Shown one piece after another: positions 39,436-52,300 of a stretch of 64,000 bases of DNA; the stretch's first letter is position 1, and every line of letters begins with the position of its first letter. A program made the translations under genes and the position numbers. The DNA lies in the NCBI GenBank assembly GCA_904063045.1, contig CAJFCJ010000012.1, forward strand, positions 2,496,498 through 2,560,497. Reading direction: 5' to 3'. The notes beneath the pieces were generated by a model. It was not told the DNA's origin. It saw only the letters and a program-made list of their open reading frames with translations, and did no database searches. The stretch comes from Dimorphilus gyrociliatus. Lineage: Eukaryota; Animalia; Annelida.

Positions 39436-40279
39436 TTTATAGTTCGTCATTCTTAAACTTAGTATACTCAAAAACCTTTTTACTCACCTACCTCTAATAC
39501 CTTTTTGTTCCTCTCTACAGTATCAATAATAAACTTAAATGTAAAGAATATAAATTTTAAGAAGGTACAATAGCAGTGGTAACAATACTATTAAAAGACT
39601 ATAAAAATAGGCGTCTAAATAAAAAAGAAAATAAAAAAAAAGCACAGACTTATAGTTAAATAGCACTTAGAACGATTGAATGTTATAAATGTATCTTTAT
39701 CTCTTAGTTAAAATCTTCCTTTTTACTTTTTCCTTTAATATCTTAAGTGAAATTTAATGAGAGAAGACAAATGTTTCCAATCAACTTTATAATTTCTAAT
39801 AAAAAGAAATTTTCCAACTGCAATGGATTTATTACAATACTAAAATACATTTATTAAATATATTTATTAAGTGTAATTATTCTCTCACTTTTATAGAGGA
39901 TCTGTTATTATTCTTTTGTTTTTTATTCTCATCTTTCTCTATCTCTTCCTTGTTCAGTACCTTCTCACTTTCTCTCTGTCGCTTTCTCTCTCTCTCTCTC
40001 TCTTTCTCACTTTAAGTAATTATCTCTTTAGATTCGCTTACTATAACATGAATAAATAAAACTCTTATTTAAAACAAATGATATTATTTACATAAACAAT
40101 AAAAAACGTATAGCAAATACAAAATCTACGTGTATTTTGTATCCGAAAACTCGTACTATTTACTGAACAAAATATGTTCTGGATTAAAGATGGCTCAATA
40201 ATTAATAATAACTTTAATTTTTTAATTTCTCTCTTGTTTGTATTTCTATCTCTTTTGTAATCTTAAACTTATTCTACAG

Positions 40280-41436
40280 TTTCTAATTGGAACTAGGTTA
40301 CCGAACACGGACCTCTATACATCTTCACCTAAAGACGTCATAAAGCCTGCAGATTTATTTTCTAAAAGAAAATCCGTACTCTTTAGCGTTCCTGGGGCTT
40401 TTGTACCAGGTTGTAGCCACGGGCATATACCAGAATATTTAGAAAATGTTGAAAGATTTAAGGTAAGCAACAAAGGAAACAAAACGCTAAAACACAAAAT
40501 GATATAGAGAAAATTATTTTATTTATTTAATTAATTCTTTTGTTAAAATGGGGAAAATGGAGAAAGAAAGAAAGAGGGGAAGAAATAGACATAAAGGGAC
40601 ATTAAAAATAATAATCATTATAATGTAAACTTAATGATTTACTTGTGTTTTTCTATCTTTCTCCTTATTATTACAGAGTTACTTTCCATTTAAAAAAAAT
40701 ACTATATATACTTACTATATTTCATTTATTAATATGTATAGTGTTTTCCCTCTTCATTCTACTACTAAAACCATTACTTTAATCTTATCGTAATGTTTAC
40801 CTCTTATAGTTGATATTTGTTTAAGTATATATAAATTCTACTATCTTTTTTGGAAGATCAACAATAGAATACTATTAATAAATCAATTGAAAAAGAGAAG
40901 AATCATATTAGCAAATAATGATTTATTCAACTCGTTAGACTTGAATGGTATGCTCATTTAGTTATACTTTATAATATTTACAGACCGAAGGGTATACTGT
41001 TATCGCATGTCTGTCCGTTAATGATCCTTACGTAATGACTGCGTGGGGAAAATCTGTTGATCCAGATCGTAAGGTTGGTTTTTTTTCTTCAACTCTTCAT
41101 TAATATTTGAAATCAATTGATCTTAGTATTTAACCCTTTCCTCTTCCTCTACAGCTTTTAATGTTGTCAGATCCAAAGGCCGAGTTTACAAAAGCCATAG
41201 GTATGGAGTTGGATTGCACTTCATTATTAGGAGATATCAGGTCAAAAAGGTAAATAATACAAACTATCATTTGCTTTTTAAAGGATTTACGATATTTTAT
41301 ATTAACTAGGTATTCGCTTCTAATCGACGATGGCGTTGTTACACACGTTAGTCAAGAGCCCGACGATTCTGGTTTGTCCTGTTTGCTATGCATTCAAAAA
41401 ATGAAGAGGATACAACAATCAACAATAGACAGATAA
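40280..41436 (+). CDS. PRDX5: Peroxiredoxin-5-like (atypical 2-Cys Prx); four exons found, first coding exon not located
   Basis: Spliced product: FLIGTRLP...[21 protein letters not shown]...|[22 protein letters not shown]...|[16 protein letters not shown]...RSKR|[27 protein letters not shown]...; phases are consistent; stop at 41434-41436. Confidence 0.9.
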
Positions 41437-42967
41437 GATATTTAAGAAGAAGGAAAAACTTTATAAAACTTGAATTACAATAAACGTCAATGTACGATTT
41501 ATACGCGAAAGAAAACGGGACATTATAAAAAAAATATAAATAGTAAATAGGTTTTAATCTGTAAATTCATTATACGAAGGGTCTCTCCCCCAGCTTTATG
41601 AATAACGTTTAAAATAGTAAAAAGAGACCCACCAGAATAATAATACTTGAATTTATATTTTTCATCCGATAATGTTGTATTTAAATGCAATAAATAAATA
41701 AATAGATGGAAATGGAAAACTATTACATTTTTCAAGTGAATTCTGACAAGAATGAGTGAAAATGCAGTGAAAAAGGGAGGGAAAAAAATCATTTTGCATG
41801 GAAATAGTCAAGGATCGACTATGCTATAAGTTAAAGTAAAATACTGTATATATAAATATAAAAGTCTTCTTCAAACTCCTAGAAAGATTAATAAAAAACG
41901 TTATCTGCAATTCTCTTTCAAAAGAAACACTGCATAGAATGGTTAACCATTCCCTTTTAGTAAACAGACGACGGCCACTACGGAGACAGATTGTTAATTT
42001 TTAGTCAGCTGAAATTAGACGACGACCTATATATAGTTTATACAGATACTGGTACTACAGTTGCTAAATATACACCTTTAATTGTATTTAATAAACAGTT
42101 AATACATTTATTTGTTCATAGGAGATACATTGAATGCTCCTACTACTATACGTGTAACTGTATACACTACATACTGTATTATACAGGGGTCTATATTACA
42201 GTATATGCAGCATAAGATGTAGAACTTAAAGTACTCTATACTGCAAATTTAATAAGATTCACATTATAGAACAATTCAAGAGTCTTAATGAGAGTCAACC
42301 TGTTTTTTTTTAGTATAAAATATATATAAAAAAAAGGACGTTTGACAAAATCTATCGTACTTTTTATCAGGGGAAAACAAGTGCAAACAACTAAACGATA
42401 TATCCACCTTTTATATTATATATAGTTACTATTAGATTTGCGCCAATTGCAGTTATTTTTACAGTATAATATCACCTTTGTCCTTCAGTTCTCCTTCATC
42501 TCCTTTTACGCTTTTCTTTCTTTTTTCATAAAAGCGATCTACTGTATAACAGTACTGTATTGGATAATTTAAAAAAAAGAAATCTTCACATAAGCTAACT
42601 AACTACCTGTAGGAGAAGGTTTCTACTTCAATTCCGGTGAATAATCATCACTCTCCTTTCTTTCGCTAAGAGAGAAGAGGGAGGGAGGTGGCAGAGGGAA
42701 AGAACTTATTAAATAAAAGAGGTTTGCACCCGACCAAAAGGGTTTTATTTCTTTCTTGTTTTTTTGTTTCATTTTAGTAAATCTTTTCCTTTTTCCTAAT
42801 ATATTCCATGAAAAATTTATTACTTATAGATTGTTTCCTATTAATGAATCCTTATTTCTAATCAATTAGTCATACGTTGAGAATTAGGTGAATGAATGTA
42901 ATATGTATGTGTTGTATATAGCTTTGTTTATATATTTATACAGTATATATATACTTACTTGTACACT

Positions 42968-43030
42968 GATTGGGTGATTGATTGATTGATTGTTTGATTG
43001 ATTGGCTCGTTGATTGATTGAATGATTGAT
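42968..43030. repeat. (GATT)n imperfect microsatellite
   Basis: tgattgattgattg arrays; the complementary (AATC)n also occurs at about 5058-5096. Confidence 0.85.
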
Positions 43031-44509
43031 CGCCATTTTGGCTACATATTAAAACGTTTTAAATACCATATTCTCTCCTTCTGTTCACATCTTTTAGGAC
43101 TTATATTTTAGAGAAAAAATGGCTAGAACCGTTACTATACATTGATTTAATATACGTTTAGTATGCATATATGCATTGGAAGAGGATGCTGTAGTCTTAA
43201 AAACAAAGTCAAAAATCAAATTGTCCCTAGTGACTCACTCTCTAGGGGGCGCTATTCTTAGTAAAATTCTATTTCCTAAAACTGGAGTATTCAATATATA
43301 CAGTATATACTGTATTACAGACTGGAGAAATAGAGTTAAATATGGATATTTAAACTAATTTCGTCCTGCTTCATTCAGTGATTCAAAATATTGATGAATA
43401 CATGATTGAAACAATATTGAATGATTGATGGACAAATATCTTCTACATCCATAAAGAAATAATGACAGATTAATGAATTTCCTATGAGCTTATCTGAAAA
43501 ATTTGGCTTCCGGAAGAGTCTTCGTCATAGATAGTAGACAAGAAATTCTTGTAGCCAATGACGGTCATTTAATGTGTCTTGTAGAGAGAAGATTTCCATC
43601 GATACTATCAACAAAGATAATATATTCGAAATATGTTGTTAACCTTTATCTTGACCAAATCCTTATCACGTTCAGAGGAATTGTAAGAATAGGAATAAAG
43701 TCATTTTGTCTATTATTAATAATCCTAACGGAAGAGACTGATTTAATGGATTTTCTATATTGTCTACAGCAAACGTATAGATGAAAAGTTCTTTGTAAAC
43801 TAGATTGATCTAAAAATCATAATAAATTTTATTATCCTACTTAATTCAATAAGTTTTATTATTATTATTATTTTGCATATCATGATATTACTTAAGGGAG
43901 CATTTTATGTCGAACCTAATCAAGATTTCACCTCCAAATACCAAGGTTAAGCAGATGCTTTTGATAAGAAACGCTTTTAAGCTTATTTCTCATAAACCTT
44001 AGTTTTTCAACGTCAACGAATAATCCAACATACTGTTCTTCTTTTCAATATCCTTATGGACTTATATATACAGTATATATACTAATAATTAGACGCTTAT
44101 CCTTTCTTCCTTGGCCTTAGAATATAGAGAGACTTTGGTCGAAAAATAACGACTCTCATTCAATAGCAATGAAGAAAAGCGATCTTCTTCCATCTTTCAT
44201 AGTAATTCTAAGAAATATAGCGAGCTAGAATTTATTGCAGATGTTATTGCGGAAAATGTCTACTTTGAGAGGTCAGTTTGCAAATCAGTTTCCAAGAAAG
44301 CATGGATGACCTCCTTTCTCAACGAGAATCGGAGAAATTATCCAAAAATCTCTCTTCTTTATGATCTAAGCTAATTAAACGAATGTAACGAATAAAGTAT
44401 TTGAAATCATATAAATGTTGTAATTTTATTCAATTTTCTATAAAATAACATATTTTCCAATAAAAATTTCAAGCCTGCTGGCCCATTTAACTGTCTATCT
44501 TTAGTCTTC

Positions 44510-44544
<35 letters not shown>

Positions 44545-44583
44545 CCACCTCCCCTCCCCCTACCTCTCTTTCTTTCCTTTCGC

Positions 44584-45361
44584 TCAACCGGAAATAATTA
44601 ACGCAAAAGCGAAGGAAAAGATTACCCATAAAATCGACGCTTGAAAGAAGCTTTTCGAAGAAGCATTCTTGTTTTCGTAGTATCTTATATCTAAATGCTT
44701 CGTAAAATCAACTTTTTCAATTGTAAAAGTCTTGTTTTCGCCGTGATTCGTTATATCTCCTTCTTTCGACATTCCACTAGCCAGTAAAAGGTAATAGTTT
44801 AATCCGGGACCAATATTAAATACCTCTTTATCTTTATATTCTTTATTCCTAGTGAAACGACACCTGACTGTTAATGATTCCCTTGCTGTTTCCATATCAT
44901 TGATACCAGACAACCTCTTTGATCTTGGCCTATCCATATCCGATTGAGCGTAATACATCCTAACCCAAGGTCTTCCATTCGGTTGATTTACGCAAGCAAT
45001 CATTGAGCTATGGTCCTAAATTACGACTCTGGGTATATTACAAAAAGAATAAAAGACGACTACCTTATTCTGGTCGTACGAGAGGCCAAAGGCTACATAT
45101 TCGTTTCTGCCAGACATTTCGAACATAGTTCTTTCTCTTAAATCCTTCCAAGTAATAACAATATCGCAAGTCTTGTCATTGTAGCAATTATAAGGTTTCC
45201 TATAGCATCCTTTAACCCTACCGCACTCTATCAGATCAATTTCTTTTAGCTGTTTTATTTAAACAAAAATAACAATAAGAAGAAGAAAAAGAAGAAATAA
45301 AACATACTTTTCCTATAGAAAATGTAAAGAATAGAAGAAAAACGATAAATTGCGGTACCAT
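44584..45361 (-). CDS. FRRS1L/ferric-chelate-reductase-like single DOMON-domain protein A (signal peptide, hydrophobic GPI-type C-terminus); 3 exons
   Basis: MVPQFIVFLLFFTFSIGK|LKEIDLIECGRVKGCY...VAFGLSYDQNK|DHSSMIAC...VRCRFTR...YYLLLASG...ITNH...; the CG..KGC and CRF.R motifs are as in the FRRS1/FRRS1L DOMON domain. Confidence 0.8.
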
Positions 45362-45739
45362 TTTCTTTTATTAAACAAAAAAAAAAAGATGAGAAAAACT
45401 ATGACGAGAAGAAACGCCCACAAAAAAATTGAATAAAAAATTCAATCTCTCTTTATCTATTTTATCAATTAAAAATATTCCTAAAATCATCATGATCGAT
45501 TAATTATGTCCAGTATATTTACAATTGCCACGTGAATGTTTTAATGAATATTGTACTTTTTATAGAGTATAAAAACGCCTTCTGGGTTAATTAACTCACA
45601 ATGAATAAATTAAAAGGAAATAATAGAAATAACAATAAGAATAACAACTGTCTTTTTTAAATGCTGCAAATCAAAAAGAGAAAGGATTTTTATTAATTAA
45701 TTAATTAATTAATTAGTTAATTAATAATTTATATCTAGT

Positions 45740-47998
45740 TTATAGGACTGAATTGAAGAGAGAGATAAACGGAAGAATCGTCAAGATTTTCGCGATACGA
45801 TTATCTATGGGAATATTTATTGCTGACGCAGAAGAGGTTGCAGATATATGATGTGTTAAGTCGACTTTATGAGTGGATGCTAGCTTATCGTATCGATGAT
45901 CGTCTATAGCGTTATTAGCTGTAGGGCCAGCTGCCAATAATATATAGTAAGATTTTCCAGAACTTAAATCGTAAATCTCTTCGTCGTCCATTTGTTTCTT
46001 CCTCGAAAAACGACAACGAACAACTGAATTTTCATTTTCAAGACTTCCAACGGTTATACCACCACTATGCTTCCGTTTAACATTTTCTCTTCTATTTCCG
46101 TTACTGTAGTACATTTGAACCTCTACGTTTCCATTTAACAGCTTAGTACAAGATATTATAGAACTATTTCTCTGTTCGGAAGAAAAAATAGATTTATATT
46201 TAAATTCAATTAATTAATTAATTAATTAATTAATATATAATTAGTTAATTAATTGTCATACCATTCTTCCAGTTGATGAGAATCCAACAGCAATGTAGCT
46301 CTTTTTACCCATCATTTCAAATTCAATTTCGTCACCTCTTTCCTTCCAAGTGATTATCTTACTACAAGACGACTCGTCTCGGCAAGAGGTGGGACTCCTA
46401 AAACAACCTTTTTCCATATTGCAGTTGTTTAGGGATATTGGTATACCGGGCTTACTAGTTGTTCTTGTAGAAGGGGAAGAGCTAGCAGTTGTAACTCTAT
46501 CCGTCCTCCTAGAAGTTTCACCCTCAGTACTCTGTTCAGATTGAATCGTAGTGATGGCATTAGTATTACAATTACAATTAGTAGAAGCAGCAGTAGTATA
46601 ACTAGTAGTAGTTGTAGTAGTAGTAGTAGTAGGTTTCGTTGAAAAAGCTGCAGTAGTCTCAGTATCATCAACGGTAGTAGTAGCGGTAGTAGCATCATCA
46701 CCGGCATTAGTAGTAATAGTAGTAGTAGTAGTGGTAGTAGTGGTAGTAGTAGTAGTAGCATCAGCAACAGCTGTAGTAGCAGTAGTAGTTTGAATTTTCT
46801 CGCTAAAGTCGTATTTGGTTAGAGTCGCTAGTCGGTCCTTTTCATGATCATCTATCTGACCGTCATAGCTGACGAAACCAGCCGCAACTAGTAGAAAATA
46901 TTTGTTTCCAGCTCTTAAATCAAATATATCTTGATCATCTTCGTAGGTTTTTTTTCTTCGAAATTTACATCTTATCATGTTCGATTCGACATCTTTACGA
47001 AGAGCCTCCACTCCTCTTAGTGGTTTAAATTCAATGTCCCATAAAGACGTTCCACTAGCATAGTACATTTGAATTTCAGCATGACCTTTCCTCTTTGAAC
47101 ATGCCAATATTGAAGAATCTGTCATCATTCTATCTCTGGAGAAGCCAATAGCTATAAATTCTTTTTTACCAAACAATTCAAATTCAACAGAGTCTTCGTG
47201 ATCTTTCCAAGTGATTATTTTATCACAAGTAAGTTCATCAGTGCAGCTATGAGGTTGTCGAAAGCATCTTTTGGATTTATCGCATTCATTCAGGTTAATT
47301 TGACGATTCTCGGAAAATGATGGTTGAGTAAAATCGAACATCTCGTAACTAGCTGTTTTATCATCTTCATGATGTCGAAGTTGTTTACTAGAAGTTGAAC
47401 CCGAAGCGGTAAGTAAATGATATCTATTACCGTTGCTTATATTGAAAATCTCTGGATCTGAGTAGTCTTTTAATCTAGTGAATTTACATATTACTGATCC
47501 TCCAACACTTATTACTTGTTGAATTCTTAATCCAGCAGATGGTTTCTTTTGAACACCTTTCTTATCCTTAGCAAAATAGAGTTCAACGTAAACTCTTCTA
47601 CTATGTCTTGCACAAGCTATAATAGATGTATTGGTCTTTTTTTGGAAAAGAAACACTTCAATAAATACATAGAATAGACAGAGATCTATTATATTACCAT
47701 TTTTCTATCATGTGAGAATCCAATAGCGAAATAGTCGTCTTGTCCCAACATTTCAAATTCAACAGAATCTCCTTTATCTTTCCATGTAACGATCTGTTGG
47801 CATGAAAGTTCATTCAAACAATTGGAAGGCCATTTGTAGCATCCTTTAGTGACCCCACATTCGGTAAAGTTAATATTACTAGCGTGGTTCTGAGGGTAGA
47901 AGATAGTTTTTTAAAGGTTGTAACATATAATTATTTATACAGACCGATGAGAAGATGGAAAAGAGAAGAACTATAGGCAAAGATCTTAGTTTTATCAT
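45740..47998 (-). CDS. Triple DOMON-domain (FRRS1L-like) surface protein B with a Thr-rich mucin-like linker between domains 2 and 3; 4 exons
   Basis: Signal peptide MIKLRSLPIVLLFSIFSS. Three repeats of C..(T/S/E)K(G/R)C(Y/F)..P..C...W...(V/I)EFE..G...AIGFS...M...SII(A/S)C...C(K/R)F.R...Y.LL.A.G...H. Poly-Thr tract at about 46520-46790. Hydrophobic C-terminus. Confidence 0.85.
46590..46790 (-). repeat. (ACT/ACC)n trinucleotide-rich tract encoding poly-Thr
   Basis: Plus strand shows gtagtagtagta arrays, which read as TTTTTTTT on the minus-strand ORF. Confidence 0.85.
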
Positions 47999-48527
47999 AG
48001 TCTTTCTTTCTTTCTTTCTTTTTCTCCTCTTTATGTGTCGTTTTAATATGAAAGACAGAATTGCAGTTGTTTCTCCTTTTATGCAAAAAGCAATCAATGT
48101 GAGATAATAACGATCTCAAGTAGGTTAGTCATCGTTTTGAATCATTAGTAATCTGTTCTTGAAGAAATCTCCATGTCAAATAGATTTTATCATTTAAAGC
48201 TTAAAGATAATACTTCAGAAAGATTGTTAAGATAGTTTAAGAATCACTTTGATTCCATGATGAGTCATTTGGTTATACTAACTAACTGATATACAGTATG
48301 TACAGTATATGCTGTAGACACAGTATACTAAGGATATCTATACTTAATTGCCTATAATAAGCCTATGGCAGTCGGTCACTTATGCCCAGCTACTATCTGT
48401 TAAGTAGTAGTCAGGTTCTTTTGAATAAGAAGATGATGTCTAAGTCTAAAAAACAGTAGACTAATTGTGGCGCAATTGTTTATCTTTTTTGCTTTTTGTA
48501 TTTGTTTATTAAAGGTATTAATGTTAT

Positions 48528-49356
48528 TTATAAATTATGAATTATTGAAATTATTGAAGCACTGATTACAGCTGATAAGATACCGCTACCCTGTAAAATC
48601 ATTCCAGAATTTCTTTCGTGCTTAGTCAAATCGAATTTCTTTGCAGTTGCCGATTTATCTTCATGATGATCTCTAATTCTTCTATATCTCGTGTTTCCTC
48701 CAGCCGTTAGTAGATAGTATTCGTTACCTTTGTTTAAATTAAAGATTTCTTCGTCATTGTGAGTTTTAATTCTTGAAAATCGACATCGATATAAGTCTTT
48801 TGTTCCTTCGAAGTATCTCGAGACAACAGCACCAATAATTGGCTTAGATTTTACGTTAAACCTACCAGTTCCAATAGCGTAGTACATTTGAACAGTTTCA
48901 TTGTGATAGTCCGGAATTTGATAGACGCAAGCGATAATTGAAGTCTTTGCCTATTTTTGAATTGTAATTACAAAATTCAGATTGATTGAATGAATGAACG
49001 AAAGAATAAATGATAGGAATAATTGAAACCAACCATTAATTTATCATTTGAAAAGCCGATGGCAACGTAGGGTTTCTTACCCATCATTTCAAAATTGATA
49101 AAGTTACCATTATCCTTCCAAGTTATTATCTTTCTACAAGATGTTTCACTGTTACAAGAATTTGGTTCTAATAGGCAACCTTTTGTTTTACCACAGCCAG
49201 TTAAGTCGATAACCTGAGCCTGTAGATTAACATTTTCATTAGAATTATACTATTAGACTCTAACGAAGGTAGATTAATATCTCATTATTTCATGTTTACT
49301 TTTATTGTGCAGAAAGATAGTAGAGTAAAGAAGAGAACGTTCTGGATTGCCTTCAT
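48528..49356 (-). CDS. FRRS1L-like single DOMON-domain protein C (signal peptide, hydrophobic C-terminus); 3 exons
   Basis: MKAIQNVLFFTLLSFCTIK|AQVIDLTGCGKTKGCLLEPNSC...VAIGFSNDKLM|AKTSIIAC...YRCRFSR...YYLLTAGG...RDHH...; all phase-0 introns, same positions as gene A. Confidence 0.82.
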
Positions 49357-52300
49357 CTTTCTTATTATTTCTTATTTCGTCGTTTTACTCTTTTTCTCTT
49401 CTTGTCTCAATCAATAAAGGGATGAATGAGAATATTTTCAAAACTCTCTCTCTTTTATATGCTGTGATTTATGAGAAAAGTTACGCCCCGTTTCCCCCTC
49501 TTCCTTTAACTTGTCTATTATTAAATATCTATTTAATGATTTAATCCTTTTAATATGTAGAAATCATTGTGAATATTGATAAATAATGATTGTTTTCATT
49601 ATCTAATATTTTTGCATCTAATTTGCATATTTTTCATTTTTGTCATTATATCTATTTATGATTTTGGTTATATTGTCTGGAGGTCGTCTACTAGATATTA
49701 TATTATTCAAAATATTAGCGATAAGAGAGCGAATCTCACTCTTTTTCTCTCTTTCTTCTCCAACTAGATCCTCCTCTATATTCTTCCACTCTCTCTCTCT
49801 CTCTCCCTCGTTCTTCTATAAATACAATTCCCAAAGCCTTTTTTTATACTTTATTAGGAAAAAGAGACACGTTTTGTTTCTTTATATTCCTTTTTTTTTG
49901 TCGTCGCATAAAACTTTGAAAAGTGAATTTTTCAAGGTCGGCTAAACTCCTTTTATCTTTATCGGTTAGTAGATAGTTTTCTTTCTTTAAAGGCAAAACA
50001 CACAAAGCTATAAGCTAAATATACTAAATACGCGATATACTATTGGTAATTTCTTGGAATATTTAGTGACGCTTCATCCTAATTTCTTATTATTTAGAAG
50101 GGATAATCAGGCAATTTAGGTGGATAGACTAGAATTCTCTCTTTCATATTCTTAAGAACGCCGTAGCTATATTTTAAGAAGGAAAAGTAGAAAAAAATAT
50201 GGAGGAGGAGAGAGAAAGAGTAAAAAGAAGAAGAAACCAAGATAAATGACTACGAAGCGGAGGAGGTAAGATGAGGGGAATGTAAGATCGATTAATCTTA
50301 TACACTTATTTTTGTTCTCTGTAGCCCACTCAAAAGTAATCATGTTTCCTGTCATTTGCAGTCGGATAATTGTTAATAAAACGTTTATTTTTATCTTTAT
50401 TAAAAGCATTCGAACATAAAAAGTATATTCACTTTTTTTCTCATAAATAGGTCAGTAAACTTTAACAAGTTAACAATATTAGCTGTAGCAACTAATTCTA
50501 TAAAGGACTCTTCTTCTTTCCTTCTCTCTCGCATTTAGAACAATTTAAAGGAAGAAGAAGCATAAAAATAAATGAAATATAAACAAGGAGAAAGTGATAA
50601 ATCTTATTGGAATTGTTTTCGTTTCATCCTTTCATATCGATATGCCATATTGTCTAAGAAGCGATAATATCCAGCTACACCTGTCTTCCCCTCTTCGGCC
50701 ACCGTTATTCTTTCTCAATCCGTCAGGCCAGTGTGATTAGTTGTCTATATGAAATAGAAAAGAGAGTTTCCAACCCTTATAGTTGAAAATCTCTACTTGC
50801 ATTTTTAAGAACAAGATAGTTTCCTTACGACATTGTTATCCAATTTGTTAAATGAAGTTTTACCTGATCAACGCTAAGAATATAAAGGTGAGAGTGTACG
50901 CTTAGTAATTATTAAATAATATTCTACAGTATATTAGAAATAGTGAAAAAAGCCTATCCATTTGTCGGATTACAGATTTTTTTCGATGGATTGTTAGGAA
51001 AGAGAAACAATAGTCTTATGACACAATATTAATATTGGAGATAGCAGCAGCAGCAGCAACAGAGAGAGAGAGAATGGTGTCTTTGGTAGATGGGTTAACA
51101 AGTTGTTGGATAGTTATTACAAAGAAAAGTATTAGAATGTTGAAAAAATCAATAGTTTCCTACGAAAACGATTATATTTGATGAAAAAAAAACAAAGTAC
51201 CATTAATCGTACAAAAAGCCAACTGTCGATTGAAGATGAAAAGTTATCGAAACTATTATAAAGAGAAGGGTGAAAAGATGTAAATACTACTTATACGGTA
51301 TATAATTGATTTATCCTTTTGTTTACTTACTTTGTTAGTAAGTTAGCTATTATTAGTTTTATTCTGGATGAGATGGACTAATAAAAAAATTCATTGATCA
51401 ATTATCTTTCATGTCAACTGGGATAAAGGAGTTGTTAGCCTATGTAATAAGTAATTGTTAATGTCTCAATTTTCTCTGTCATCTACGAAATATATAGTAA
51501 AGAATTCTTGTTTTTGACCTTCGGAAAGAATTCTTAATAAGGATCAACAGCGTAAAATTTAACCTATAAATTTACCTTTACTCGTTTCCTCTCTCTCTCT
51601 CTCTCTCTTCTCTCTTCTCTCTACTTTTTTTTTAGTTTGAGTCGTTAATTCGAAATAAAATAATGAGCATCGAGGAAATGTCTATGACTTTTCTCCAATT
51701 TCCCTCAATTCTCATAATAGTGCCCTTAAACCGAGAGTAATGAAAATCCGTCTTTTAGGGCAGAATTTATTAAACTGAAAAGTAGGCTGTTTTTAATTAT
51801 TTTGCGGGGTTAAATGTTAAGTAGGGCAGCTACTTTTGTTAGTAATTTCCTATCAAGAAAATGTTCTTCCAGGTGCGTAAAATGAGAGAGAGAAAGGGAG
51901 AAAAATACAAATCTATACAATAATATCTACATAATTATTTTCACCTAACGTTAAAATAGGTTGGCAGCGTCTATATTAACCTTTAAAGTCCTTATTAAGC
52001 AAAGAAATATTATGATATTTATAATCTTTACCTTCTCTCTGCGTGTACTTTTATCCGTTTATCTATCCATCTCTCCCTCTCTTTCTCTCTCTCTTCTGAG
52101 GTAGATATGGCCTTGAAGATAGTAAACCAGTGTTTTCTTTTAAAAAAACAGGATTATTTTTTTTTTTAACTTTTTAATTATCTTTTTACAAAGAAATCTA
52201 TAGAAGTAATCGCTTTTTTAATATCGTGAATCCTAAATTTATCTATCATTTTTTCCCTCCTCTATATATCTCCTTCTCCTTCTCATCCTTTCTGAGAGTT

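Noticed and set aside
38975-39535. Candidate PRDX5 5' exons (MLSNLR|ISIINLN)
   Set aside because: Phase-compatible but without sequence similarity; too speculative to annotate.
46350-46767. Poly-Leu ORFs (46429..46767 minus, 46350..46544 plus) resembling signal or TM peptides
   Set aside because: They are alternative-frame or antisense readings of the (ACT)n poly-Thr tract in DOMON gene B.
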